Source of the DNA: Burkholderiales bacterium
GTDB taxonomy: Bacteria; Pseudomonadota; Gammaproteobacteria; Burkholderiales; Ga0077523
Assembly: GCA_044339985.1 (NCBI GenBank)
Contig: JBIIUM010000003.1
Coordinates: 1-62,189, forward strand
Direction: 5' to 3'
Length of the DNA: 62,189 bases
This document shows positions 40,745 through 50,891 of the stretch, in pieces. Positions within the stretch are counted from its first letter, which is position 1; each line of letters begins with the position of its first letter. The notes under the pieces were generated by a model. That model was given only the letters and a program-made list of their open reading frames with translations, was not told the DNA's origin and made no database searches. The translations under genes and the position numbers were made by a program.

Positions 40745-41737
40745 TCAGTCATTGAAGGGCGGAAACCACGGCACGCCGTACTTCTCGACGATGGCCTGCA
40801 TCTCGCCATTGGCGAGCATTTCGCCGAATTCCTTGTTGATGAGTTCGAGGAAGCCGTCTTCCTTGGCCTTCACCGCCCAGGCGCCGTTGAAGCGCTGCCC
40901 GGGCATGGGCTGGAAGCCCTTCGACATGGCCAGTTCCACGTTCTTCTCGCGATTGGCCACGGGGATGGAGGGACCCCACACCATGATGGCGTCCACCTCC
41001 TTGCGCAGCAGGCCGTCGATGACGCGCTGGTTCTGGAAGTAGGTGACCACCGGAATGCCGAGCTTCTCGGCGTTTTCCTGCATGGGGGTGTAGGCCGGCA
41101 CCCCCACCTTGATGCCGGTGCCCTTCAGCTCCTCGAGGGTTCGCGCCCGCGGCACCTTGCCGTTGTGCACCAGCACGAAGCCGATGCCGATGTAGGGGCG
41201 GGTGAAGCTCATGGCATTGCGCGTCATGTGGTCGTCGTCGCCCGTGACCACGGTGCCCATGAAGACGTCGCAGAAGCCGCGGTTGATGGTCTGGCGAAAA
41301 GCCAGGTTGAGCCCGCCGCGGTAGACACCCGTGTTGGCCCACATGATGGAGAACTCCCAGCCGTTCCTCTGGGCGATGCGGCCGAGGATCTCGATGTCGA
41401 TCCCGGGCGGCTCGGCCTTGGGGGCGGTGTGGGAGAACGGGTAATACCAGGCATCCGCGCAGGCGATGATGCGCTTCATGGCCTTCACACGGCCCAGCGC
41501 AGTGAGATAGCGCACCTCGTGCGGAATCTCCACCGGCGGGCCGCCATAGCGGAAGCCGCCCTGGTAGAGCCGGTCGGTGAAAGGATCGAAGGTCTCTGGC
41601 TCGGCGTAACCCACTTCGGCCACGCGCGGGCGCGGATGGCCGATGACGGTCTCCACATCCAACTCGGGAACGGCGGCCGCGGCAGCGGCACACCACAGCG
41701 CGCAGGCCGGCAAGAACGCCGCCAGGCTACGGATCAC
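40745..41737 (-). CDS. Periplasmic binding protein, MxaJ/XoxJ-like (family 3 fold)
   Basis: Signal peptide from GTG 41737; CADAWYYPFS, GIDIEI, FRQTINRGFCDVFMG, TRPY, VDAIMVWGP, IVEKYGVP resemble MxaJ/XoxJ motifs. Confidence 0.7.
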   Translation of the reverse strand: MIRSLAAFLPACALWCAAAAAAVPELDVETVIGHPRPRVAEVGYAEPETFDPFTDRLYQGGFRYGGPPVEIPHEVRYLTALGRVKAMKRIIACADAWYYPFSHTAPKAEPPGIDIEILGRIAQRNGWEFSIMWANTGVYRGGLNLAFRQTINRGFCDVFMGTVVTGDDDHMTRNAMSFTRPYIGIGFVLVHNGKVPRARTLEELKGTGIKVGVPAYTPMQENAEKLGIPVVTYFQNQRVIDGLLRKEVDAIMVWGPSIPVANREKNVELAMSKGFQPMPGQRFNGAWAVKAKEDGFLELINKEFGEMLANGEMQAIVEKYGVPWFPPFND

Positions 41738-41904
41738 GATTGCGAATCTCCTCGTGGCACATGGGTCGACGATTGCGCTGACGGACGCGGCAGCAGCAAC
41801 GACCTCTTCGGGGGTTGGCGCGCGGGGCCGACCCGCCGCCATCGACCATGCTCGATGAACGCGCCGCGAGTGTAACCGAAAGCCGCAGCAGGCCCGCTCA
41901 CCAC

Positions 41905-43641
41905 CTACAACTCCCGGCGCTGGTCCGCCAGCGCCTGCACTGCCTCGTGGGCACTCAGGAACACGCGCCCCGGCGCCATGGAGGCGAGCAGCGAGGATCG
42001 CTTCAGACGGTCCATCACCGGCCCCTTCACCTCGGCCAGATGCAGGGTGACGCCGGCCTCGCGCAAGGACAGCGCGAGCCGTCCGAGCATCTCCAGCGCC
42101 GTGGTGTCGATGCCATTGACAGCGTTGGCCACCAGCACCAGATGACACACGCCCGGATGAGCCGCTACCGCCTGCGCGAAGTACTGCTCCAGCCAGTGGC
42201 TGTTGGCGAAGGAGAGGTGCTCATCCACCCGCAGCAGCAGCAGCGAGGGCCAGGTCTCCAGGTGGCGGTAGCGGCGCACATTGCGGAAATGTTCGCTGCC
42301 TGGCAGGCGGCCCAATTCGGCCACGTGCGGGCGCGAGGCCTTCCATACCGTGGCCAGCAGCGACAGCACGATACCCGCCATGAGACCCAGTTCGATACCC
42401 ATGCCGATCACGCCCAGCGCGGTGGCCAGCATCACCGCCGCATCCGAGCGGTCATAGCGCCAGGCTTCACGCAGCGCGCGCAGATCCACCAGCCGGGCCA
42501 CGGCCACGATGATGATGGCTGCCAGCACCGTGCGCGGCACATGGGTCAGAAACGGGGTGAAGGCGAACACCACCACCGCCACCAGCAGTGCCGTGACCAT
42601 GGCCGCGCCCTGGGTGCGCGCGCCCGCCTGGTAGTTGACCATGGTGCGGCTGAGCCCCCCGGCCACCGGCATGGCACCCGAAAACGCCGCGCCCAGGTTG
42701 GCGGCGCCCAGGCCGATGAGTTCCTGGTTGGGGTCGATGGCCTCGCGGCGCCGATTGGCAAGGGTGCGCGCCAGGCCCACGCTCTCCACATAACCCACCA
42801 GGGCAATCAGCGCGGCCGCCGGCAACAGACGCAGCACCGCCTCCGCCCCGGGCCACGGAAACGACAGGGCAGGCAGCCCGGCGGGCACCGCACCCACCAC
42901 CGCCACACCATGGCTCTGGTCCAGCGAGAACGCCACGACGGCTAGCGTGCTGCACACCACCACCAGCAGCGGCCCGGCGCGGCCCAACGAAACGCTGCCA
43001 CGACGGTTCGCGCCCGCCGCCTGCAGCAACCGCTCCAGCGGGCGCCCGGACAACAGCAGCACCGATGCCGCCAGCACTCCCAGCAGCAGGGTCGGAGCCT
43101 GCACGGCCGGTAGCGCCTGCGCCAGCGCGGGCAGCAGGCCAAACCAGCCGGCCTCGGGGGGCCAACGCACCCCCGCCAGCGCTGGCAACTGGCTGGCGAT
43201 GATCAGCAGCGCCGCCGCCGAGGTGAATCCCGACAGAACGGGATGACCGAGAAAGTTGGCGAGCCATCCCAGGCGCAGCATGCCGAGGACCAGCAGCACC
43301 GCTCCGCCCAGCAGGGCCAGCAACGCCGCAGCCGCGAAGGGATTCACGCCCTCGGGCAGCGACCCCAGGGTGTGGGCCACCATGATGGCGGCGATGGACA
43401 CCGGCCCCACGGCCAGCACCCGGCTGGTGCCCAGCAGCGCGTACAGCAGCGGCGGCAGCAGGCTGGCGTAGAGGCCCGCCGCCGGCGACAGACCCGCCAG
43501 CAGCCCGAAGGCCATGGCCTGGGGCACGAGCACCACTGCCGTGATGGTGCCGGCCAGCGCGTCGGCGATGAAATCGGCTCGCCTGTAGCCCCGCATCCAC
43601 GCGGTGGCGGGCAGATACCGGGCGGCGGAACGCTCGACCAT
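41905..43641 (-). CDS. SulP family anion transporter with STAS domain
   Basis: PQAMAFGLLAGL, GLYAS, NQELIGLG, GGLSRT, C-terminal STAS. Confidence 0.93.
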   Translation of the reverse strand: MVERSAARYLPATAWMRGYRRADFIADALAGTITAVVLVPQAMAFGLLAGLSPAAGLYASLLPPLLYALLGTSRVLAVGPVSIAAIMVAHTLGSLPEGVNPFAAAALLALLGGAVLLVLGMLRLGWLANFLGHPVLSGFTSAAALLIIASQLPALAGVRWPPEAGWFGLLPALAQALPAVQAPTLLLGVLAASVLLLSGRPLERLLQAAGANRRGSVSLGRAGPLLVVVCSTLAVVAFSLDQSHGVAVVGAVPAGLPALSFPWPGAEAVLRLLPAAALIALVGYVESVGLARTLANRRREAIDPNQELIGLGAANLGAAFSGAMPVAGGLSRTMVNYQAGARTQGAAMVTALLVAVVVFAFTPFLTHVPRTVLAAIIIVAVARLVDLRALREAWRYDRSDAAVMLATALGVIGMGIELGLMAGIVLSLLATVWKASRPHVAELGRLPGSEHFRNVRRYRHLETWPSLLLLRVDEHLSFANSHWLEQYFAQAVAAHPGVCHLVLVANAVNGIDTTALEMLGRLALSLREAGVTLHLAEVKGPVMDRLKRSSLLASMAPGRVFLSAHEAVQALADQRREL

Positions 43642-43716
43642 GATGCAGAGAGTCTAGCCCAGCCCCCGCTTTCGCCTGTCGTGGCTCGGCCACACCAAGC
43701 CCGAAGAGCACCGCCG

Positions 43717-44110
43717 GCCCCCGCGCCCGCGCCCAACACCGCCAGGCCCGGCTGATCGGACACCACCGCGGCCACCAGCCTTGCGCCCTTGAGCAGCAGC
43801 TTGGCGCTGTCCGCCAGCAGCGCCGCATAGTTGCCGGGACTGACCGCGTAGACCACCGGCGGCAAGGGCGCATCGCCCGGCTCGAGGGACAGGAATTCCC
43901 GGCCCGCACGGCGGTTCGACACCATCTCACCGAGGGTGGCTGCGAAACCATAGCCGCCAGTGGCCGTCACCAGCACCCGGGTGTCGGCGCTGCCCGCGAG
44001 GCAGTGCTGGATCTTCGCGCTGTCCTGCACGTCCACCAGCGAGGAGGCCGGCACACCATCGCCGCGGGCGCTGGGCAACTGCGTGGCTTCCACGCTGTAG
44101 GCGCGGCCCT
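43717..44110 (-). pseudogene. Decayed duplicate of the parC 3' region
   Basis: Aligns to 45413-45870; 43792-44110 differs at 5 of 319 nt; 63-bp deletion (equivalent to 45489-45551) and a 1-bp deletion near 43728. Confidence 0.92.
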
Positions 44111-44309
44111 CCGGCGCTGCGCAGCGCCATCGACGACTTTGCGCGCAACCCGCGCGAGCCGATGTGGCCGTGCTGCACGCGGCACAGCGACTCGCGCTTA
44201 TCGAGCGCCGTGCTGGAGCGCAAGTTACGCCGCGGCGCCGAAGACGAAGGCGCCCGGCGGGCAGATGAGGCCGTTGCTCTCGCGTACCGGGATCACGATG
44301 TCGGGGCTG

Positions 44310-44520
44310 ACCACGCCACGCGCCAGCGCCTCGGCGCCCGTGCGGCCAGTCCCAGGTGCGAGAGGATCCCCACGATCACCACCGGCTCCTCGATCCCGGC
44401 GAGGATCTTCAACTGCCCAACGCACGCGCAGCGCTCCGCGTGGATGTGGAACACGCGCTCGAGCAACCGCGCCCCGCGCATCCGGGCCGCCTGGCCGTGC
44501 ACGTCCTCGTACGCAGGGGC
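44310..44520 (-). mobile_element. IS91/ISCR-family transposase C-terminal remnant
   Basis: ARLLERVFHIHAERCACVGQLKILAGIEEPVVIVGILSHLGLAARAP resembles the WA.LL.RVF...C..CGG.LKIIA.IE.P.VI..IL.HLGL..RAPP tail, with degenerate residues. Confidence 0.75.
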
Positions 44521-44575
44521 GCTGTCCTACCGCGGCGCCCGTGCGATGACCGCAGCACACATCCAAAAGTTGTGG

Positions 44576-45046
44576 TCAGAGCCAGCGCCGCGTCCTTGCG
44601 CAGTACTCGCTGTAGGTTGAACCAAAGACGGCAACAAGACGCGGCTCCTCCACCTGGCGCACAAACCAATTCAGCGCGAGGGCGAGTCCTGGCTGAAGTA
44701 GCAAAAACCAGACGCTCCCGGTGGTCAGGAAAATGCCCAGGGGGAAGAGCATCTCTGCCAGGTAGATGGGATGTCGGGTGAAGCGGTAAAGTCCGTCGGC
44801 CTTGAGCGTCACAGGCGATTTTCGCGGATCAATGGGCGTCTTTAACTTGCGAAAATGCCACAGCGACCACAGCGCCACGCCGGGATAAAGCGCGCAAATC
44901 ACGTAACCAAGCCACCGGATCTTTGGCGCCAGGGCAACCGGCCAGCTCCACGCCAGCGTGAGCCCCGTGCCAAGGCCCAGGAACACCAAGAAAAACACCG
45001 GCGGAATGAGGATGGATTGCTGCAGCTTTAAGGTGCTTTCGGACAT
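44576..45046 (-). CDS. Isoprenylcysteine carboxyl methyltransferase / PEMT family membrane protein
   Basis: IPPVFFL, GLYRFTRHPIYL, EEPRLVAVFGSTYSEYCARTRRWL; visibly more AT-rich than flanks. Confidence 0.88.
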   Translation of the reverse strand: MSESTLKLQQSILIPPVFFLVFLGLGTGLTLAWSWPVALAPKIRWLGYVICALYPGVALWSLWHFRKLKTPIDPRKSPVTLKADGLYRFTRHPIYLAEMLFPLGIFLTTGSVWFLLLQPGLALALNWFVRQVEEPRLVAVFGSTYSEYCARTRRWL

Positions 45047-45280
45047 TTCCGGACTGTAGGTGGGCTTTGGCCGTTTGACCAGCATTCGTCCTTCACAGTC
45101 GTCCACCGATGGAGGTCGGGTCCAGCAATGACCTCGCAGTGGCTCAGCGGGATACTTCTAGACGCGATGCAGCCTCACGCGGGCACATCAGGTACGCGCG
45201 CCTCCACTTGTTGCTGGTCTTGGTCTTACTGAGTCATACCTGCAGACGAGTTGTACGGCCCCCGCAGTGCGGACGGTGGT

Positions 45281-47791
45281 TCACGCCAGCGGACGCGGCG
45301 CCACGCGCAGGCCCAGGGGCACGATCTTTTCGGGCAGCGCGCGCCCACGGTGGGCCCGGCTGCCCGCGTAGTGACCGAGATCCCGGCGGCCCAGTTCGAT
45401 GACCTTTTCCTTGCCCCCGCGCCCCGTGCCCAGCACCGCCAGGCCCGGCTGATCGGACACCACCGCGGCCACCAGCCTTGCGCCCTTGTCCAGGCCCATG
45501 AGCTGGGTGCCCCGCCCCTTCGCCTGCTGCTTCACCTCACCCATCTGCACCAGCAGCAGCTTGGCGCTGTCCGCCAGCAGCGCCGCATAGTTGCCGGGAC
45601 TGACCGCGTAGACCACCGGCGGCAAGGGCGCATCGCCCGGCTCGAGGGACAGGAATTCCCGGCCCGCACGGCGGTTCGACACCATGTCACCGAGGGTGGC
45701 TGCGAAACCATAGCCGCCAGTGGCCGTCACCAGCACCCGGGTGTCGGTCTTGCCCGCGAGGCAGTGCTGGATCTTCGCGCCGTCCTGCACGTCCACCAGC
45801 GAGGAGGCCGGCACACCATCGCCGCGGGCGCTGGGCAACTGCGTGGCTTCCACGCTGTAGGCGCGGCCCTTCGAATCCAGGAACACCACCGGATCCACCG
45901 TGCGGCAGGCGATCAGCACGCCGAGGCTGTCGCCCTCCTTGAAGGTGAGCGCAGCCGGGTCTACCCCGTGCCCCTGGCGGGCGCGCACCCAGCCGTTGCG
46001 GGAAAAGATCACGGTGATGGGATCATCCAGCACCGGCGTCTCCACCTCGGCCTTTTCCGCCTCCTCCATGCGCGTGCGGCGCTTGTCGCCAAAGCTCTTC
46101 GCATCGGCCTCGATCTCCGAGACCACGAGCGCTTCGAGCGCCTTGCGATCGTCAAGCACGCTCTGCAGGCCGGACTGCTCGGCCCGCAACTGCGCCAGTT
46201 CCTGCTCGATGCGGATGTGCTCGAGCTTGGCCAGCTGCCGCAATCGCATCTCGAGAATGTCCTCGGCCTGGCGCTCGGTGAGGCGGAAGGCGGCCATGAG
46301 GTCGGCTTTCGGATCGTCGGCGTTGCGGATGGTGCGGATCACCTGGTCCACGTTGAGCAGCACCAGCATCCTGCCTTCCAGCACGTGGATGCGGTCGAGC
46401 ACCTTGTCGAGGCGGTGGCGGGTGCGGCGCGTGACGGTGGAGAACCGGAACTGCAGCCACTCGCGCAGGATGTCGCGCAGGTTCTTGCCGGTGGGTCGCC
46501 CGTCCAGGCCCACCATCACCAGGTTCAGGGGCACATTGCCCTCGAGGCTGGTCTTGGCGAGCAGCAGGTTGACGAACTCGTTCTCGTCGATGCGCGAGGA
46601 CTTGGGCTCCAGCACCAGCCGCACCGGATGCAGCCGGTCGGACTCGTCGCGGGCGCGATCGAGCATGGACAGCATCAGCTGCTTCTCGCGGCTTTGTTCC
46701 GGCGTGATGGATTTCTTGCCCGGGCGCGGCTGCGGGTTGGTGAGGGCGTCGATTTCCTCAAGCACCTTGCGGGTGGAGGTACCGGGCGGCAGTTCGTGCA
46801 CCACCATCTGCCACTGCCCCCTCGCCAGGCGCTCGATGGTCCAGCGGGCCCGCACACGCACCGCGCCACGGCCCGAGGTGTAGGCCTCGCGCAGGTCGGC
46901 GCGCGGCGTGATGATCTGCCCGCCACCGGGAAAATCGGGCCCCTTGATATGGCGCATCAGGCCGGCCACCGAGATGTCCGGGTCGTGCACCATGGCCACC
47001 GCAGCCGCCGCCACTTCGTTCAGATTGTGGCTGGGGATTTCGGTGGCCATGCCCACAGCGATACCCGAGGCGCCGTTCAACAGCACCACCGGCAGCCGCG
47101 CCGGCAGCACCACGGGCTCCTCGCGCGTGCCATCGTAGTTGGGGGCAAAGTCCACCGTGCCCATCTCGAGTTCCGAGAGCAGCACTTCGGCGAACCTGGT
47201 CAGCCGCGCCTCGGTGTAGCGATAGGCTGCGGCCTCATCGCCATCGCGGGAGCCGAAGTTGCCCTCGCCATCCACCAGCGGATAGCGCAGGGTGAAGTCC
47301 TGGGCCAGGCGCACCAGGGCGTCGTACACCGATTGGTCGCCATGCGGGTGGAACTTGCCCAGCACATCGCCCACCACCGCCGCCGACTTGGTGCGCTTGG
47401 TGCCCGCGCGCGTGCCGTTGTCCCACATGGCGTAGAGGATGCGGCCCTGCACCGGTTTCTGGCCGTCAGCCACGCGCGGCAGCGCCCGATCCTTCACCGT
47501 GGCGATGGCGTACTGGAGATACTGCGTGGAGGCGTAGCGCCCCAGGGGCAGCGTGTCGCCGAACTCGCCCGAAAGGGGTGCGAAGTGCGGCGGCATCCCG
47601 CCACCGCCACCGCCCGCCCCGGGCGGCGCCGGGCCCTCACCGCCTGGGCGCTCCTCCACCGCCGCGCCCGCGGCCTGCACCGCGGCGCCACCGGGCGCCT
47701 CACTGGCGGGAACCACCGGCGGGGTCACGGCCGCCACGGCGGGGGGCGCCGGCGGCGCTTCATCGAACAGGTCGCGCTGGTCCTCGTTCAT
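45281..47791 (-). CDS. parC: DNA topoisomerase IV subunit A
   Basis: [47 protein letters not shown] 47791. Confidence 0.95.
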   Translation of the reverse strand: MNEDQRDLFDEAPPAPPAVAAVTPPVVPASEAPGGAAVQAAGAAVEERPGGEGPAPPGAGGGGGGMPPHFAPLSGEFGDTLPLGRYASTQYLQYAIATVKDRALPRVADGQKPVQGRILYAMWDNGTRAGTKRTKSAAVVGDVLGKFHPHGDQSVYDALVRLAQDFTLRYPLVDGEGNFGSRDGDEAAAYRYTEARLTRFAEVLLSELEMGTVDFAPNYDGTREEPVVLPARLPVVLLNGASGIAVGMATEIPSHNLNEVAAAAVAMVHDPDISVAGLMRHIKGPDFPGGGQIITPRADLREAYTSGRGAVRVRARWTIERLARGQWQMVVHELPPGTSTRKVLEEIDALTNPQPRPGKKSITPEQSREKQLMLSMLDRARDESDRLHPVRLVLEPKSSRIDENEFVNLLLAKTSLEGNVPLNLVMVGLDGRPTGKNLRDILREWLQFRFSTVTRRTRHRLDKVLDRIHVLEGRMLVLLNVDQVIRTIRNADDPKADLMAAFRLTERQAEDILEMRLRQLAKLEHIRIEQELAQLRAEQSGLQSVLDDRKALEALVVSEIEADAKSFGDKRRTRMEEAEKAEVETPVLDDPITVIFSRNGWVRARQGHGVDPAALTFKEGDSLGVLIACRTVDPVVFLDSKGRAYSVEATQLPSARGDGVPASSLVDVQDGAKIQHCLAGKTDTRVLVTATGGYGFAATLGDMVSNRRAGREFLSLEPGDAPLPPVVYAVSPGNYAALLADSAKLLLVQMGEVKQQAKGRGTQLMGLDKGARLVAAVVSDQPGLAVLGTGRGGKEKVIELGRRDLGHYAGSRAHRGRALPEKIVPLGLRVAPRPLA

Positions 47792-47801
47792 GTCTCCGGT
47801 C

Positions 47802-48266
47802 TCACTTGCCTTCGCGCACGGCCTTGAATTCCTGTACCACCAGGTCGCCGGCGCTGTCGCCAATCACGAACCGCCACGTCCCCGGCACCAGTTCCCATTC
47901 CTCCCGGAAGGTGTGACCACCGCACCAGCGGGCGCGCCCGTTCACCACCTGCACCGTGCGCGGCACGTTCCAGCCATTGGTGTCGATGCCGTTGGGCTGG
48001 GTGAGCAGCGGGTGGCGCACCTGCTCGGAGAGCCCCGCCACGCCATTCACCGCATCGAGACCCTCGAGCTCGGCGCAGAAGCCGAAGCGCAGCCCCTTGC
48101 GAAGAGGAATCCTGGAGGTTTTCTGCACGAACTCGGGCTTGCCCTCGGCTCCGGAAAGAATTCCGTATTCGACAACCCGGCCCGAGGGCGAACCTTGCGC
48201 AAGGGCGGACGCCGCAAACAGGGCAAGGAAGAGGGGGGCGAATCGAGCAATCATGGCGTTCCTCAT
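47802..48266 (-). CDS. Secreted DUF3859-like protein
   Basis: Signal peptide; EYGI, TSRIPLRKGLRFGF, HP, WELVPGTWRF; start overlaps parE stop. Confidence 0.7.
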   Translation of the reverse strand: MRNAMIARFAPLFLALFAASALAQGSPSGRVVEYGILSGAEGKPEFVQKTSRIPLRKGLRFGFCAELEGLDAVNGVAGLSEQVRHPLLTQPNGIDTNGWNVPRTVQVVNGRARWCGGHTFREEWELVPGTWRFVIGDSAGDLVVQEFKAVREGK

Positions 48267-50251
48267 GTCACATCGGCATCCACGAGATTGCCGTAGGTTT
48301 CCATCCACTCCCGGCGCTGGGAGGCGTTCTCGCGGGCCATCATCATGTTGAAGATCTCGTTGGACGGATCAAGACCGTCCTCGAGGGAAACGGGCAGCAT
48401 GCGCCGGGTGTCGGGGTTGAGGGTGGTCTCCCACAGCTGCTCGGGGTTCATCTCGCCGAGGCCCTTGAAGCGGCTTACCGTCCACGTGCCCTCCCGCACA
48501 CCCTCGTCGGCGAGCTTCTCCTCGAGCACCGCGAGTTCCTGACGGTCCAGCGCGTAGAGCTTGCGCGCCGGCTTGCCCTTGCCCTGGCCGGGCACGTCGA
48601 TGCGAAACAGCGGCGGTTGGGCCACGTGCACGTGGCCGTTGTGGATGAGCCTGGGGAAGTGCCGGAAGAACAGCGCGAGCAAGAGCACCTGGATGTGCGA
48701 TCCGTCCACGTCGGCATCGGCCAGGATGATGATCTTGCGGTAGCGCAGGCCCGACAGATCGGGGCTGTCGGCGGGCTTGTGGTGGTCCACGCCGATGGCA
48801 AGCGCGATGGCCTCGATCTCCTTGTTGGCGTAGAGGGTGTCGCCGCTGTCCTGCCAGGTGTTCTTGGGCTTTCCCTTGAGCGGCAGGACCGCCTGGAACT
48901 CCTTGTCCCGCGCCATCTTCGCCGAGCCTCCGGCGGAATCACCCTCCACGATGAACAACTCGTTTCGCTCCGGGTCATCGGAGGCGCAGTCGGTGAGCTT
49001 GCCGGGCAGCACCGCCACCCCGGAGGACTTGCGCCGCTCCACCTTCTGGGCGGCGCGGGTGCGCGCCATGGCCTGGCGGATCACCAGTTCCGAGATGGCC
49101 TTGCCCTCGGCCACGTGCTCGTTGAGCCACAGCTCGAAAGGATCACGCACCATCTGCGCCACCAGCTTGACGGCGTCGCGCGAGATGAGCTCGTTTTTCA
49201 CCTGGCCCTTGAACTGGGGGTCGAGCATTTTCACCGCCAGCACGAAGTTGGCGCGCGACCAGACGTCCTCGGCCACGATCTTCAACCCCCGTTGGCCCAT
49301 GGCATGCAGCTCGATGAAGTTGCGGATCGCCGCGTGCACACCCTCCCGCAGGCCGGCCACGTGAGTGCCGCCATGGCGCGTGGGAATCATGTTCACGTAG
49401 GACTCGGTGGTGAGGTCGCCCTCGGGCGTCCAGGCAATGGCCCACAGCGCGCCTTCGCCCTCCGCGAAGCTGTCCGATTCGGACTGGGCGCTCACGTAGC
49501 GCTCTCCCAGGAAAGGGCTGGCAACGGGCTCGAAGCCAGCCACCGCCTCCTGGAAGTAGCCCGCGATGCCGCGGGGAAAGTGCCACGTGGTGGACTCGAA
49601 GCGCCCGCCCTTCTCCACCTCGAGCGCGAACTTCACGCCAGGGAGCAGCATCGCCTTGGCACGCAGCAGCAGGCCGATGTCGGCGGCCACGATGCGCGGC
49701 GAGTCGAAGTACCTGCCGTCGGGCCAGAAGCGGATGCGCGTGCCGCTCTCGCGCGCAGCGGCGCTGCCGGTGCGCGCGAGCGGTTGCAGCACCTTGCCGT
49801 TGTCCCCGAACACAATGCGCCAGGCCGCGCCATCGCGCCTGACGTCCACCTCCAGCCGCGTCGAGAGGGCATTGCTCACGCACACACCCACGCCGTGCAG
49901 GCCGCCGGCGATGCGGTAGGCGGCGTCCTTGTCGGTCTTGCGGAACTTGCCGCCGGAGTGCAGCGTGGTGAAGATCACCTGCACCGCCGGCACTTTCTTG
50001 ACCGGGTGGATATCCACGGGAATGCCGCGGCCGTCATCCACCACCTCGGCGGAGCCGTCTTCGAACAGCCGCACCACGACGCTCCTGGCGAACCCCGCCA
50101 GACCCTCGTCGGCGGCGTTGTCGATGATCTCCACCAGCGCGTGATTGGGGTTGACCGGGTCGGTGTACATGCCCGGCCGGTGCAGGATGGGCGCGAGATC
50201 CTCGAGGATCTCGATGTCTTCAGCCGTGTACGCGTTGTCCCTTCTTGCCAT
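48263..50251 (-). CDS. parE: DNA topoisomerase IV subunit B
   Basis: RPGMY, EIIDNAADE, DDGRGIPVD, GGLHGVG, VEGDSAGG, PLKGK, DADVDG, RFKGLGEM; ATG 50251. Confidence 0.95.
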   Translation of the reverse strand: MARRDNAYTAEDIEILEDLAPILHRPGMYTDPVNPNHALVEIIDNAADEGLAGFARSVVVRLFEDGSAEVVDDGRGIPVDIHPVKKVPAVQVIFTTLHSGGKFRKTDKDAAYRIAGGLHGVGVCVSNALSTRLEVDVRRDGAAWRIVFGDNGKVLQPLARTGSAAARESGTRIRFWPDGRYFDSPRIVAADIGLLLRAKAMLLPGVKFALEVEKGGRFESTTWHFPRGIAGYFQEAVAGFEPVASPFLGERYVSAQSESDSFAEGEGALWAIAWTPEGDLTTESYVNMIPTRHGGTHVAGLREGVHAAIRNFIELHAMGQRGLKIVAEDVWSRANFVLAVKMLDPQFKGQVKNELISRDAVKLVAQMVRDPFELWLNEHVAEGKAISELVIRQAMARTRAAQKVERRKSSGVAVLPGKLTDCASDDPERNELFIVEGDSAGGSAKMARDKEFQAVLPLKGKPKNTWQDSGDTLYANKEIEAIALAIGVDHHKPADSPDLSGLRYRKIIILADADVDGSHIQVLLLALFFRHFPRLIHNGHVHVAQPPLFRIDVPGQGKGKPARKLYALDRQELAVLEEKLADEGVREGTWTVSRFKGLGEMNPEQLWETTLNPDTRRMLPVSLEDGLDPSNEIFNMMMARENASQRREWMETYGNLVDADVT

Positions 50252-50810
50252 CGTGGCCTCTCCTGACGATTGCGACAGCGCCGCGGGTGCTTGCCGCGCG
50301 CGAGGTGCCCAGGCAGGTTCGCAGGGCCTCCACCGCCCGAGCGCGCTGCTCGTGGTTGCCGGCGCGTATGCCGTCCACGAACGCCAGCAGCAGGTGCAGA
50401 CGTCCGTCGCGCCGCGCGGCCACGGGCATGGACTTGTAGAGCGGCTCCAGCGCCTGCCCGCGCAGCCCGCCCTGCGCATCGGGCCATACCCAAGGCAGGC
50501 CGTCCACCGGCGGCGCGTCTTCGATCCCGGGCGCCCAGGGCCCGGTGGCGATACCCATCGTGACGGGGCCGGGAGCGGCGGGCCAGACGTAACGGACACC
50601 GTGCACCAGAAGCTCATCCAGCGCCTCGGGCACGGGAATGCCCCAGCCCTCGCCCAGGCTCAACAACCCCACCTCGGCAGTGCGCCGCACGCCCGCGTGC
50701 ACCTCCGAGGCGGACATGCCCAGCTCCAGCGCGAGCCGCTGATAGGACCAGGGCTCGGGGCCGATGGCCACGATCTTGAGCAGCACGCACAGGTCTTGCG
50801 GCTTGAGCAT
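50220..50810 (-). CDS. HTH protein of the 'LKPQD' family (type IV antitoxin-like)
   Basis: MLKPQDLCVLLK, HTH WSYQRLALELGMSASEVH, HGVRYVWP, PWVWP, EPLY, DGIRAG; from memory, homologues sit beside a nucleotidyltransferase. Confidence 0.7.
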   Translation of the reverse strand: MLKPQDLCVLLKIVAIGPEPWSYQRLALELGMSASEVHAGVRRTAEVGLLSLGEGWGIPVPEALDELLVHGVRYVWPAAPGPVTMGIATGPWAPGIEDAPPVDGLPWVWPDAQGGLRGQALEPLYKSMPVAARRDGRLHLLLAFVDGIRAGNHEQRARAVEALRTCLGTSRAASTRGAVAIVRRGHDGKKGQRVHG

Positions 50811-50823
50811 GCGGCCTATTGTA

Positions 50824-50852
50824 TTCGTAATTCGCGGTTCGCGATTTGCGAA
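50824..50852. promoter_or_regulatory. Palindromic / 7-bp-periodic operator upstream of the HTH gene
   Basis: TTCGTAA-TTCGCGG-TTCGCGA-TTTGCGA-A; arms 50824-50837 and 50839-50852 form an imperfect inverted repeat. Confidence 0.6.
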
Positions 50853-50891
50853 CGAAGCGAACGACGCCTGGACACCGCCGCCTCCGGCGGC

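Noticed and set aside
44520..44580. Integron attC site after the methyltransferase-family gene
   Set aside because: No convincing RYYYAAC...GTTRRRY pair or attC palindrome, and no integrase.
45170..45260. Minus-strand LSKTKTSNKWRRAYL fragment reminiscent of a tyrosine recombinase
   Set aside because: Too short, with no catalytic motifs; cannot be supported without a search.
47320..47350. ParC HPHGDQS (Gln at the E. coli Ser80 position) as a quinolone-resistance mutation
   Set aside because: As recalled, Gln here is a common natural state in betaproteobacterial ParC; no evidence of selection.
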